This document shows positions 12,518 to 23,090 of a DNA stretch of 64,000 nucleotides, one piece after another. The position numbers and the translations under genes are program-made. The stretch is from NCBI GenBank assembly GCA_963796275.1, contig CAWCKY010000004.1, positions 1,184,001 through 1,248,000 on the forward strand, given 5' to 3'. A model generated the notes under the pieces. That model saw only the letters and a program-made list of their open reading frames with translations, made no database searches and was not told the origin of the DNA. Within the stretch, counting starts at the first letter, position 1. Each line of letters opens with the position of its first letter. Origin of the DNA: an uncultured Acidobacteriota bacterium (GTDB lineage Bacteria > Acidobacteriota > Blastocatellia > RBC074).

Positions 12518-13320
12518 TTACCGCTCATGATTTTGACACGGGCAGCGAACGCGCCGTTATTGTCCTTGAGATTCCCTTCGTTGACGCTCAAAAACAGTAT
12601 GCCATTGTGAGTCGAGACGAACTCGCCCGCTCCACCTATATAAACGAAATCATCGTTATCGTCGCCGACTACAGCGATCACCGCGCCGGTCGGGCGATTA
12701 GGTATAAGCTTGCGGGAGTCTGAAATACTGAGGCCATCGGGGCCGCTCCGCTTACTGTTCCCAAGTTCGATTTCTCCACTCGCTTCGATGATGATGCGCT
12801 GTCCGCGCTGCACGCGAATCCCCGTGCTGGTCCAGTCTGCGGCGGCTGCTACGTCCAAAGACTTCTCAGCGAGTATGGAACTGGCGCCGGACGCCCCTGC
12901 TTCCGAAGCTGGTAAATCGTTGCCGGGGGCCGGAGCGGGGGCCGGAGCAGGTGCAGCGTCTACCGGCCGCGGGTTGCTGGGAGCCTCGCCCGCAGGCGGC
13001 TGTGCCGGCCTCTCGCCGGAAGCAGTATCCTGGGTAGCCGGTATCAGACCGCCGTTCGGATTTGCGTCGCGAGCCGTAGCCCCAAGATCAGAAGGATCGA
13101 ACTCCACGCTATCTATCTCCTCAACAGATATAGTGTATTTTGATTGAGCTCCGCCAATATAAACAATGATCGTAAATTTTCCCTGACTGAACGATACAAC
13201 CTTTCCCTTAAGGATGCTGCCGTCTTTTAGCCTGATTGTATCGGCAAAAACGGCGCTTCCCGCAAAAAACGCGATTGTGAGGCAAAATAACGATTTTATA
13301 AGTGTTTTTTTGATGTTCAT
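12514..13320 (-). CDS. Exported protein with a Pro-rich linker and a C-terminal LecA/PA-IL-like domain
   Basis: Signal peptide; DTIRLKDGS N-domain; C-terminal WTSTGIRVQRGQ.I.IEASG...G.LFLSVNE..DNNG.F; 4-nt overlap with the kinase start. Confidence 0.55.
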   Translation of the reverse strand: MNIKKTLIKSLFCLTIAFFAGSAVFADTIRLKDGSILKGKVVSFSQGKFTIIVYIGGAQSKYTISVEEIDSVEFDPSDLGATARDANPNGGLIPATQDTASGERPAQPPAGEAPSNPRPVDAAPAPAPAPAPGNDLPASEAGASGASSILAEKSLDVAAAADWTSTGIRVQRGQRIIIEASGEIELGNSKRSGPDGLSISDSRKLIPNRPTGAVIAVVGDDNDDFVYIGGAGEFVSTHNGILFLSVNEGNLKDNNGAFAARVKIMSGK

Positions 13321-13700
13321 GCCGACCTCCCGTGGTGAGCCTGAATCTTAATTATGGTTATACAAGGGGTTGACAGCGAAAGCTTATCACAAAAAATGGG
13401 ACCCAAAAAAGAAAATCCAAAAAGTTTATGAATTCAAGTTAAAGGATTCTTGACTCGGAGCGCATTACTGAATATACTCCCGCTGTCTGTCGGGATTCTG
13501 TAGGTTTACAAATTCGGTAAATTCAATTCATATAGTTCATTTTTAATTAAAGACAATCCTCACCGGCAGCACAAAAACGATCTTGGTTCGAGGTTGTTGG
13601 CCGGTTACGTTCTGTATCCGGTGATTTAAGCGTAATAAAAGACGGGTGGAGGAAAGCAATAATCGTTTTTTATACTTGTTTGCTGGCTCCTTTCGGTTTC

Positions 13701-13739
<39 letters not shown>

Positions 13740-13886
13740 ATGCGATAGATCGCATCGTGGGATTTTTTGTTTTTCAGACAGGATTTTCAGGGATTTCCCC
13801 TACTGCATTCACCCATAATTACTTAATAACCTATAAACTCTGTTAACTCTATCTTCTTATTAATAATGGGTTCTAGGGGTTTTATT

Positions 13887-15029
13887 TTATTGATTGTTGG
13901 GTTTTGGCTCAGGCTTCGATTCTGGTTCGGGTTCACCGATCGGAGCACGATATCCCAGGCGGAAGCGCGCGATCAAATCACTACCATTGAGACTGACCGC
14001 GATATTTCGGAATTTGCCATCCCGCGCTTCATTGGAAGAGATATAGGTGAGCGTGTACTGGTTGCGAAGTTCATCCGCAATACGCCTGAATGCGAATGAT
14101 GTGTTTTCGATGTTTTCAGCCCGAAGATGAAGTGCACCGGATTGGACGGCCAGGGCACGTAAAAATTCGGTAGCGATCAGATGGCGATCGCGGAGCGGCT
14201 GCTTTTCCTGCGAGTTGACGCGCGTCGATGGTTTCGATCCAGGAGCTGACTGCTGCTGGTCCTGTCCTTGCCACGAAAACGAGCGACCGGCGAAGTTTGA
14301 GATGAAGGAGCTCGAAGAACCCGGAGGCAGGAATATCGGTTTCATAATCGACCCGCCTACATTGCGAGTTTCGTACTGAATGGTGTAGGTGATTATCCCG
14401 GTGCTGGCGACCAGATCGATGGCGCTCTCGAACGTCGCTTTTTTGCTCGCAGTATCGACTCCGTCGGTGAGGATCACTATCGCCTTCCTCCCCTGAATCT
14501 TGCTCATCTTCTCCGTGATTGTCAGATAAATAGCATCATAGAGGCTGGTCAGATAACTGCTTTTGAGCGCCTTGACTGACTTTTCGAGGTCAGGCGGATT
14601 ACTCGAGAAATCGCCGATAAATCGTACATTCTCATCGAAAGTCACAATCATCACGCTATCTCGCGGATAGAGCTGCTTGATGAACGAGAGGGCGGCTTTA
14701 CGGATCGCGCCCAGTTTACTTTGGGTACTGCGGCTGGTGTCGATCAATAAAGCGACGTTGAACGGCGCCTCGCTTGCAGAGAATTCCTCGATCTTCTGCG
14801 CCACACCATCCTCAAGCACCGAGAAACTGTTGCGCGTGAGTCCGGGCATAAAGCGGCCGTATCGATCCGTCACAATGACCGGAACGGTGACAAGTGATGT
14901 CGGTATCTTAATGCTCGGTTGTTGGTCCTTCTGCTGGTCGTTTTTACCCTGCTTCTCCTGAGCGAAGAGCTGAGGAGGCAACAAAAACAACAGCAGCCAA
15001 ATTCGCATTAGCGCGGATCGATATCTCAT
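13887..15029 (-). CDS. VWA domain protein (VWFA-related acidobacterial type)
   Basis: LVTVPVIVTD, DTSRS MIDAS, TSLYDA, RKAIVILTDGVD, ELRNQYTLTY. Confidence 0.9.
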   Translation of the reverse strand: MRYRSALMRIWLLLFLLPPQLFAQEKQGKNDQQKDQQPSIKIPTSLVTVPVIVTDRYGRFMPGLTRNSFSVLEDGVAQKIEEFSASEAPFNVALLIDTSRSTQSKLGAIRKAALSFIKQLYPRDSVMIVTFDENVRFIGDFSSNPPDLEKSVKALKSSYLTSLYDAIYLTITEKMSKIQGRKAIVILTDGVDTASKKATFESAIDLVASTGIITYTIQYETRNVGGSIMKPIFLPPGSSSSFISNFAGRSFSWQGQDQQQSAPGSKPSTRVNSQEKQPLRDRHLIATEFLRALAVQSGALHLRAENIENTSFAFRRIADELRNQYTLTYISSNEARDGKFRNIAVSLNGSDLIARFRLGYRAPIGEPEPESKPEPKPNNQ

Positions 15030-15295
15030 AGCCTTTTTTATCCTTTTAACATTTGCGATTTTACTTGACTTCGATTCCGGAATCAAAAAGGTGAGTGACG
15101 GAGATGCGAAGATCTGGAGATAAGGAGGGGAAATTGATAAGTTGACGGGAGAAAATATACCGCTATGTTGTGATCTGAGCGATTATCGCTCTTTCCGTCA
15201 TTTTTTCGCTAACCTCCTTATTTCCCATAGCTCCAAACGCCTTTACATTTCGTCCCGCCATTGCCCTTTAAGCTGTTGTGGGCCATCATTTGAAG

Positions 15296-16096
15296 ATGTC
15301 GCTCGAATACGCTATCGAGTATCAATGTGAGATGAGGCGCCTGCATGGCGAGGCTACTCTAAGGGCGCTGGCGCGCACCGGTTCTCTTATTTCGCGGATG
15401 GTGAATGAGACCATCGAAGGATCACGCCTGCCTTCAGAAGAGAGCATCCAATTTACCACGAGATTCGCCGACGAGCTGGAGAAAGCGGAACAGGTTGCTT
15501 CATTCTGCAGAACCCATTGCCCTGCTCATATCGACGAAGAGTACAAATCCTCGGATCACATCTCCGAGCGGACGCGGGCAGTTGAACCCATCGGATGTCT
15601 GGGACGCATCCGATATCCCATCGAGGCGAAGTTCGAGCGCTTCCTCGCGGATCGCCTGCAACTCCTCTATGACACGCTCGTCCCCGAACACTGGCCGCAG
15701 TTGATGCATATTCTGATCGACTCGGAATCTCCTTTCGACGGGGAGGGGACCAAGGAGTTACGTCGAGTGACGACGGCGGAGGGATTGAGATTCTTCGAGC
15801 AGCGCCTGCCGATCGCTCTCGCGCGCCAAGCCTCACGTCTAACGACTGACAATCTCTTCGATCTGCTCGCTGGATTCACCGCCTCGGACAGCGGCGCATC
15901 GGGTTATCAACGCGAGCTCCCGCCCATCACTTTGAATGACTACACTAAATTTCTGGAGGCTCTGCTCATCAACGATCTGACTGAGGATGAGAAGGCGCGC
16001 CTTCATTCGCAAAGTGCCAGTTATTCTCAGTTCGTGCGCTTCGCATGCGCGGTCAGCCTGGCCGAAAAACTCAACGTCAGACTCCTCTTGGACTGA
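15296..16096 (+). CDS. Hypothetical protein with a Cys cluster (possible metal binding)
   Basis: Long clean ORF with YQC...CRTHCPAH...GCLGRIRYP; no family recognised. Confidence 0.65.
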   Translation: MSLEYAIEYQCEMRRLHGEATLRALARTGSLISRMVNETIEGSRLPSEESIQFTTRFADELEKAEQVASFCRTHCPAHIDEEYKSSDHISERTRAVEPIGCLGRIRYPIEAKFERFLADRLQLLYDTLVPEHWPQLMHILIDSESPFDGEGTKELRRVTTAEGLRFFEQRLPIALARQASRLTTDNLFDLLAGFTASDSGASGYQRELPPITLNDYTKFLEALLINDLTEDEKARLHSQSASYSQFVRFACAVSLAEKLNVRLLLD

Positions 16097-16101
16097 TTTT
16101 T

Positions 16102-16153
16102 TTGCGGATTGCGGATTTGATATGAATGGAATTCAAATCCGCAACCGGCAATC
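16102..16153. terminator. Heptamer-based hairpin between convergent genes
   Basis: ttgcggattgcggatttga ... tcaaatccgcaaccggcaa inverted repeat. Confidence 0.55.
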
Positions 16154-16611
16154 AAGGTGCTTGATGCGCGAACCCGGAAGTCGTCACCTGCGGTGTAGGG
16201 TTCGTCTCTATATCGCGTTTGATCGCGTCCAAGATTCCGTTGATGAATTGAGTCGCTTCGGTTGTTGAAAAGCGGCGCGCGATCTCGAGCGCTTCGTTGA
16301 TCGCTACCGTTTTCGGTGTGCTGGGTTGATAAAGAAATTCGTAGACAGCCATCCGAAGGAGATTGCGATCGACAATCGCCATTCGCGGAATACGCCAGTG
16401 TTCCGTCCGTATGCGAATACGTTCGTCGATCTCTTCGAGATGGGAGATTGTGCCGAGCGCCAGTTCGTTGGCGAAGATACCGAACATCTTCTGCCCCTTC
16501 TGCTATCTCCCCCCAATAGGTTTCCAGCAGATCATCGACTGACGGGCGAGCCACGTCATAGGAGAAAAGGATTTGCAACGCGCATTCGCGCGCTTTACGG
16601 CGAGCACCCAT
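16152..16611 (-). CDS. nusB: Transcription antitermination factor NusB (apparent +1 frameshift near 16480)
   Basis: MGARRKARECALQILF in one frame continues as IFANELALG...DRNLLRMAVYE...INEALEIARRF...FINGILD in another. Confidence 0.92.
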
Positions 16612-16738
16612 GATTGTTTATTACCGTCTGAAAGTTACAGGTCTTCGATAATCGGAGAAAGTAATGGGGGATGATTGATTGCTTTACTTGATATTAGGTC
16701 GGATCAAGTAGATCCATCTCGCTCCACAGGGTAAACCT

Positions 16739-17227
16739 TCACAACTCCCGCAGCAGGTTGGCCATCTCGACGGCCGCCATGGCCGCTTCGAAGCCTTTGT
16801 TTCCTGCTTTAACACCAGCGCGGTTGATCGCTTGCTCAACCGTATCAGCGGTGATGATGCCATAAGCAATCGGCATGCCGGTCTCCAGGGAAACAGCCGC
16901 CATGCCTTTGGTTACTTCTGCTGCAATGTAATCAAAGTGAGGGGTCTCGCCACGAATGACGGCGCCCACACATATTATCGCATCGCATCTTCCACTTTCC
17001 GCTAATTTCTTGGCCGCCAGAGGAATTTCAAATGATCCGGGGACGCGTACCAAGGTGAGGTTTGTCGCGCTTATGCCTAACCGAAGCAGCGCGTCTTGTG
17101 CGCCTCCGATCAACCGGCTAACAATCAGATCATTCCACCGGCTGGCTACAATCGCGATTCTTAAATCGTTGGCTTTTAACACGCCTTCTATGACTTGGGG
17201 CGTGGGGGAATCTTTCATCGGGCACAA
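16739..17227 (-). CDS. ribH: 6,7-dimethyl-8-ribityllumazine synthase
   Basis: [30 protein letters not shown] motifs. Confidence 0.97.
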   Translation of the reverse strand: MCPMKDSPTPQVIEGVLKANDLRIAIVASRWNDLIVSRLIGGAQDALLRLGISATNLTLVRVPGSFEIPLAAKKLAESGRCDAIICVGAVIRGETPHFDYIAAEVTKGMAAVSLETGMPIAYGIITADTVEQAINRAGVKAGNKGFEAAMAAVEMANLLREL

Positions 17228-17264
17228 GTATATTGGGCCAGGTCGAAGTGGTCAAGCTGCACTT

Positions 17265-18071
17265 TCAATCGCCCTTGAAATCGGGCTCCCGTTTTTCAAG
17301 AAATGCCTTAACCCCTTCTCTGAAATCATCGGTCGCAAAACACAAACCGAAGAGCTCAGATTCGAGCCGCAGCCCTTCAGAAAGTGCCAAATCCGAACCG
17401 CGATTTACGGCTTCGAGCGCGTACTTGACGGCAACCGGCGCGTTTCGGCTGATCCGGCGCGCTAACTCCACACAAACCGACATCAACTCGCCAGGGTCGG
17501 CGACTACGCGATCGGCCAGGCCGATGCGCAATGCCGCTTCGGCCCCGACGTTATCCCCGGTCAAAATCATTTCAAGCGCCCGGGATTTGCCGATCACCCG
17601 CGACAATCGCGAACTTCCTCCCCAGCCCGGAATCGATCCGCGCCTCAATTCAGGAAGTGCAAACTTTGCCTCCACCGTCGCGATGCGCCAGGCGCAAGCC
17701 AGAGCAAGCTCGCATCCTCCGCCAGATGCCACTCCATTGACTGCTGCAATAACAGGCTTTCCCAGACCTTCTATCAAAGTAGCCAGTTCCCCTCCCGAAC
17801 GCACAAAAAAAGCCGCCTCTTCCGAAGTCAGACGTGAAAGCTCCTCAACGTCCGCGCCCACCGAGAAAGCCTCCTCTCCTGCGCCGGTCAGGATTGCCGC
17901 GCGTACGTCCGGCTCATTCCGCAGTTCGGCGAATGTATGGATGAGTTGCCGAACGGATGCGAGATTGAGCGCATTGGCCCGGATTTGACGGTCGATCTTT
18001 ACCAGGGCGAATCCGTCATATCGTTCGCATCGGATAAATTCGTCAATCTTCGTTTCATTTGTTTCATTCAT
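17265..18071 (-). CDS. Enoyl-CoA hydratase/crotonase-family protein
   Basis: AFSVGADV, KPVIAAVNG, GGGCELALAC, PE..G.IPGWGG. Confidence 0.93.
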   Translation of the reverse strand: MNETNETKIDEFIRCERYDGFALVKIDRQIRANALNLASVRQLIHTFAELRNEPDVRAAILTGAGEEAFSVGADVEELSRLTSEEAAFFVRSGGELATLIEGLGKPVIAAVNGVASGGGCELALACAWRIATVEAKFALPELRRGSIPGWGGSSRLSRVIGKSRALEMILTGDNVGAEAALRIGLADRVVADPGELMSVCVELARRISRNAPVAVKYALEAVNRGSDLALSEGLRLESELFGLCFATDDFREGVKAFLEKREPDFKGD

Positions 18072-18305
18072 CTATTCAGCATCTATTCAGTTTTTTTAGG
18101 GGGTAAAAATTTTGCTTCTCGCCGCGTTACCGGTTGGTTGATCTCAGCTGTGGGTTGATGGGTTGATTGTCTTTGAAAAATAAATGTAAAAAATGATCAT
18201 ACAAATGGGCAGCGCGCGGGGATTGAAATATACCCCTTTACCCACGAAGAATTTGAGAGCCGCCAGTCGCAAGTATGCCGCAAGTAATGATGACCAAAGC
18301 CGATC

Positions 18306-19232
18306 TCAGAGTTGTGAGATCCTTCCCCCACGACCGCTATTCAAATATGGACCGCTTGTTTGATAGGCGCGCGTGAAGCTATATGAGATCAACACCACGC
18401 AGACGATGAATATCGCCAACCCGAGCCGGGAGACGCGCGCTCGCCCGGGCGCAATGTAGGGAACGACGAAACCGAGTATTCCGCCCGTGATCAGGCCGCC
18501 GATGTGCGCAGCATTATCTATCGCGGGTATGTAATACCCGATGAATAAATTGATCAGAATGACCGGCAACATACCCGTCGTAATCGCGCGCCGGAAATTC
18601 GCCGGCAATTCATCGCGATACCTGTAACCGAAAACAAAGAGCAGGCCGAAGAGCCCGAAGATCGCGCCGGAAGCCCCGACGCCAGGAATCCAGGCCGGTT
18701 GCCCCAACCCGCCTATGTAACTCCCGATGACGCCCCCGATTCCGGCGAGCAGATAGATCAGGAGAAACCGCGCCGATCCGTATAACTTCTCAGCTACCGG
18801 CCCGATCACCCAGATCGCGTATGAGTTAGATGCCAGGTGCAGCAGACCGCCGTGTATGAAAATGGGGGTGATGAAGCGAAACCACTCGCCGTTCGCCAAT
18901 AATTCATTGGTCTTCGCGCCAAAAGCGATGAGAGTCAGCGGATCGCTCATAAAGACAAATGCCTCGAGGAAATTAACGCCGCTGACGAGCGCCATTAATA
19001 TGTATATGGCGAAATTGAAAATAAGGATTGTGTATGTGACCGGAGTGGCCCTGGAAAATAGTGCATTGAGGAAATGGCGCTCCGCTTTCGCCTGTTGCTC
19101 GATGACCACGTTTTGAACCGATAGCGCTCCGCAACCGGCGCATTGCGGCAATTGGGCCGGCGTCGTCTGTCCGCAATTCTGACAAATACGAAAAGCGCGC
19201 GGCAGATTGGGGTCTGTGCTTTCACTTTGCAC
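18306..19232 (-). CDS. Rhomboid intramembrane serine protease with an N-terminal Zn ribbon
   Basis: CQNC...CAGC; EWFR, HGGLLH..N, GASG (Ser), AHIGG (His). Confidence 0.93.
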   Translation of the reverse strand: MQSESTDPNLPRAFRICQNCGQTTPAQLPQCAGCGALSVQNVVIEQQAKAERHFLNALFSRATPVTYTILIFNFAIYILMALVSGVNFLEAFVFMSDPLTLIAFGAKTNELLANGEWFRFITPIFIHGGLLHLASNSYAIWVIGPVAEKLYGSARFLLIYLLAGIGGVIGSYIGGLGQPAWIPGVGASGAIFGLFGLLFVFGYRYRDELPANFRRAITTGMLPVILINLFIGYYIPAIDNAAHIGGLITGGILGFVVPYIAPGRARVSRLGLAIFIVCVVLISYSFTRAYQTSGPYLNSGRGGRISQL

Positions 19233-19264
19233 TCTTACTTATTTTTCCTTTCGAAATCAACTAC

Positions 19265-19426
19265 ATGAATTGTAACCGACTGGAAATGAACTGTCATGGT
19301 TCTGACATTTGGAAGAGGTGGATGCACGCAATGCAGCGAACCAGGATAGCGTGCATGAAGGCGGACGGCTGCGACCAGAGGAACTCGGGCAAGTTACCAT
19401 GTCTTATCGAAACTCAGGTTGCTCAT
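19265..19426 (+). ncRNA. Candidate structured intergenic RNA (unassigned)
   Basis: Nested complementary pairs ATGA/TCAT, GTAACC/GGTTGC, CATGGT/ACCATG, ATGCACGC/GCGTGCAT; no convincing ORF. Confidence 0.2.
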
Positions 19427-19572
19427 ACCGCCATACCCCTCCGCTAATCTGGTTGCGTACCAGGATGTCAGCTGCTAAACTGGATATCGTTCTCCACACC
19501 AAAGTCATCTTTAACTTAACATCCAGGGATGCTTGTATTAATCTAACAAACGCAAGGTAATTTTAGAGAAAG

Positions 19573-21231
19573 TTGAGTAATGGCATCGTGCAATCATCAT
19601 CAAGCCTGACCGGGGCAAAAGGGACAACGAAGGTGGCTGAAAGAGCCGCGGCATCATCGGCGGTTAACGACGCCGCTGCTGTCGAAGATGCTGAGATAGC
19701 GAAGTCCGAATCCAAGTCCAAATCGAAAAAGGCGAAGGCATCGGGTCTCAGCGCTTTTATCGACGGATTTCTCAATCTAATAAGCTCCGTCCCTTTCGGC
19801 ATAACCCAGTTGATCCTGCTGATCATCGCCTGCATGATAGGGATGCTGATCCAGCAGCAAGAGCTGGAGACTTTCAAGCCCTATTACACCGAGCTGACGC
19901 CCTCCGAGAAGGTCATCTACGGTAACCTTGGGTTCTTCGATATCTATCACGCCTGGTATTTCAATCTCCTGCTGCTTCTTTTGAGTCTCAACATAATCCT
20001 GGCGTCGATCGATCATTTCCCGGCCGCCTGGAGCCATATAAAGCGTAAGAAGCTCACCGCATCGCCGGTCTTCGCGATGGCTCAGCGATTCAAAGAGCAA
20101 GTCGAGCTTCCGAAACTCGAACGACCGCATTTGGCCGAACGTGCGGCGGCAGCCGCTCGCGCCATGAAATTCAAGGTCCGCGTCACCGAAGGGGATACCA
20201 GGACGACGATCTTCGCCGAACGCGGCGTGTGGAACCGCCTCGGCGCATATGCCGTCCACGTCGGCCTCCTGACCATCTTCTTTGGCGGATTTATGACCAG
20301 TCGCGGTTACACGGGGTCTATCTGGATCACCCCGGAGGAACTGTCCGACAAAATACAGATGAACGTCTTCAATGTAGAACACGCGACTAGTGAGTATGCT
20401 GTCTCCACGCGCGAGGTAACCCTCCCCTTCACTCTTGAAGGGATCGATATCGAGCATAAGCCGATCAAGAGAGAGGGATCGATCGAGCCGAGCAATACGC
20501 TCGATTGGCTGACACGCGTGCGGATTCACGATCCCGCGACCGGTCAGAAGACCGATGCCCTGATCCACATGAACAAACCATACGATTATAAGGGGTACCG
20601 TTTCTTCCAAGCCACTTACTATCCGATGGGAAGCGCGCGGGCGGTCAAGGTGCGCGTCATTCCGTCAGCCGGAGGGGCGCCGCAGGAGATCGCGATACCA
20701 CGCAACGGCTCGGCGACTCTCGCCGATGGGACGAAGGTGAAGTATGACTATTTCAATCCCGATTTCTTCGTCAATAACGAAGGTGCGGCCGCTGTACGCA
20801 GGATGCCTGCCACGGATTATGCCAATCCGGCAGCTCATCTCCTTTATGTCAAACCGACGGGAGAGGAGGTCAGTGTCTGGGCATTCAACGAAGCATATCT
20901 GAACAACGAAATTTCCCAGGCTCCGTTTTTGAAATCGAAATTCCTCGACTCGGGCCCATATCAATTTATCTTGACGGATTTCGATAGGGTGTCGATGAGT
21001 CACGGGCTTTCGGTCCAGTACGATCCGGGAGCGAAGATAGTCTATATCGGATTTGCGATACTTTGTCTGATGCTGATCGCCGTCTTCTTCTTCTCGCATC
21101 AGCGTCTCTGGATTGTTATCGAGGACGGTAAAGTTTTTCTCGGCGGCGATGCGAACCGCAACCGGCTCGGTTTCGAAGATCGGGCGAGGAAGGTACTGGC
21201 GCTGATCCGCGAACCGCGAATTGCGAATTAA
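19573..21231 (+). CDS. resB: Cytochrome c biogenesis protein ResB/CcsB (system II)
   Basis: Three N-terminal TMs with G.FDIYHAW.F and VHVGLL; MNKP..YKGYRFFQ; C-terminal YDPG..VYIG...SHQR.W. Confidence 0.9.
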   Translation: MSNGIVQSSSSLTGAKGTTKVAERAAASSAVNDAAAVEDAEIAKSESKSKSKKAKASGLSAFIDGFLNLISSVPFGITQLILLIIACMIGMLIQQQELETFKPYYTELTPSEKVIYGNLGFFDIYHAWYFNLLLLLLSLNIILASIDHFPAAWSHIKRKKLTASPVFAMAQRFKEQVELPKLERPHLAERAAAAARAMKFKVRVTEGDTRTTIFAERGVWNRLGAYAVHVGLLTIFFGGFMTSRGYTGSIWITPEELSDKIQMNVFNVEHATSEYAVSTREVTLPFTLEGIDIEHKPIKREGSIEPSNTLDWLTRVRIHDPATGQKTDALIHMNKPYDYKGYRFFQATYYPMGSARAVKVRVIPSAGGAPQEIAIPRNGSATLADGTKVKYDYFNPDFFVNNEGAAAVRRMPATDYANPAAHLLYVKPTGEEVSVWAFNEAYLNNEISQAPFLKSKFLDSGPYQFILTDFDRVSMSHGLSVQYDPGAKIVYIGFAILCLMLIAVFFFSHQRLWIVIEDGKVFLGGDANRNRLGFEDRARKVLALIREPRIAN

Positions 21232-21362
21232 GGTTAATTGCAAAATATTTTTATTTTTAACGTCATTTTTCAAAAAAAGGCAAAGTGGAATCAAAAAAGG
21301 CAGAGCGGGGTAAATGTGGCATATACCTTTTTTGCCCTTTTGCTTCTCCAGGGAGGTAAGTA

Positions 21363-22999
21363 ATGAGTCAAGCCACCAGATCAATCAATGAAACATTGAA
21401 GGTCTCGGCGCCTACTGCGCCGCGGTTTCTCGCGCCGCTATCGCCCCTAGCAAATTTTTTGCCAGTGATCATACCGATAATCGGCGCGGCGCTTATGGTC
21501 ACAGCGCGAATCAAGCTGGGCGGATCGGCCATTCCGACCGACGGTCCGCTGATCATTATCGCGCTGCTCTGTTACATCACGGCGTCGTCTGCACTGATAG
21601 TGAACATCTGGGCGCCGATCAAATTTCTGGAACGGCTCGGGTTGTGGGTCGCCTCGCTCGGCTTCTTCTTCAACCTCTCGAGCTGGTTGATCCGCTGGGT
21701 AGAAGCCGGCGACCGCGAAGGCTGGATTCGCATGACCAACCAGATCACGGGGGAACAGCACTTCTGGTGGTTCTTCAGCTATATTCCGTTGACGAACCTC
21801 CACGATCTTTCCGTGGCATTCGCTTTCGGCGCGGCGTTCGGAACCCTGCTCATCAGCAGCCGTGAAAATAATCGTTTCGTCGGCGCGGTCTCCATTCCGC
21901 TGATAATGATCATCCTGCTGATGGCGATCTTCATCGGAAATAATTTCACCACTCTGCAGCCGGTGCTCGATAGTTACTGGCGCCCGATCCACGTCGGGGT
22001 GGCATCGATGAGTTATGGGATAGCGCTGGTCAGTTTCGCTCTCGCTGTGATCTATCTCGTTAAAGACGGAGTCAAGATCGAAGCGATGGGAGTGGCGATC
22101 ACCGCATTCTTCATCGTCGGGTACATCGTGGTCTGGTTGATGGGCGGATTCAAGGCATTCGACCCGCTATCCATCAGTTATAGGCTCCATCCGGTCCTCC
22201 CCACACACGATGGTGGGGTTATTAATCCCAAGGCGCGCGTACCGATACCGGGCGCAGGCATCATGTTTGCTCTGGCGATGCTTCTGCTGATCGGGATGGC
22301 AGTCAGCTTCCTGCTCTATATCTACAAGGGCAGTGAGAGCAAGAAACGCATCGGTCATTGGCTTCTGCGAGCTTCAATCGTCCTTCAGGTCGGTACCATG
22401 GGCTGGCTCTACTATCAGATCAAGAATCTGAAAGGGTTCGGCTCGCAAATCGGCAACGAGCAGTTCTACCAGATCGGCACTGCGATGTTCGATCCCAAGG
22501 AACTGCCCAGTAAATCGATCGAGGCCATCGTCTCTGCGGGAGCGAATTTCATGGCAATTATCCGCGATGCCCTCGTCCTTGATGTGCGGGGCAACCCGAT
22601 TGAATTCGGCTCGTTATTCGCCATGCTGGCGGCATCGCTCTTCATTCTCCTTTTCAGCTTCCGGACAGAGCGTCTGCGCGCAAATCTGCCATCGATCGAA
22701 AGAATCGACAATATCATCTACAAAGCTGTCGGCGTCGCTTTTGCCGGGCTTGCGATTTTATTGGTGACCGGCGCGGTCTGGGCGAACGAGTCGTGGGGGC
22801 GCTACTGGGGCTGGGACGCTAAGGAGACGGGCGCATTGGTAGCTTGGCTCTCTTACGCGGGTTATCTGCATACGCGGATCGCACACGGCTGGTCGGGACG
22901 CCGCGGCGCCTATTTCGCGCTCATCGGGTTCCTGCTGGTGATCTTCACGTACCTGGGAGTCAGCTACATTCTCCCCGGTCTGCATTCTTACGGTCGTAG
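21363..22999 (+). CDS. ccsA: Cytochrome c biogenesis protein CcsA/ResC (as sequenced it reads through into the next gene)
   Basis: PVLDSYWRPIHV, WWD domain GAVWANESWGRYWGWDAKE, YLH, terminal GLHSY. A TAG at 22997-22999 is one base out of frame. Confidence 0.9.
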
Positions 23000-23029
23000 G
23001 CAAATCAGTCGAGATCAGGACATCAATCT

Positions 23030-23090
23030 GACGCGAAGACGCAAAGACGCAAAGAATCATTTCTTTCAGTCTTTGCGTCTTCGAGTTTGT
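23030..23090. repeat. Octamer-based palindrome (GACGCAAA / TTTGCGTC)
   Basis: gacgcgaagacgcaaagacgcaaag ... ctttgcgtcttcgag. Confidence 0.7.

Noticed and set aside
16152-16611. Programmed frameshifting in nusB, SDR or ygfZ
   Set aside because: No slippery heptamer or stimulatory structure seen; these genes are not known recoding targets; indel error is simpler.
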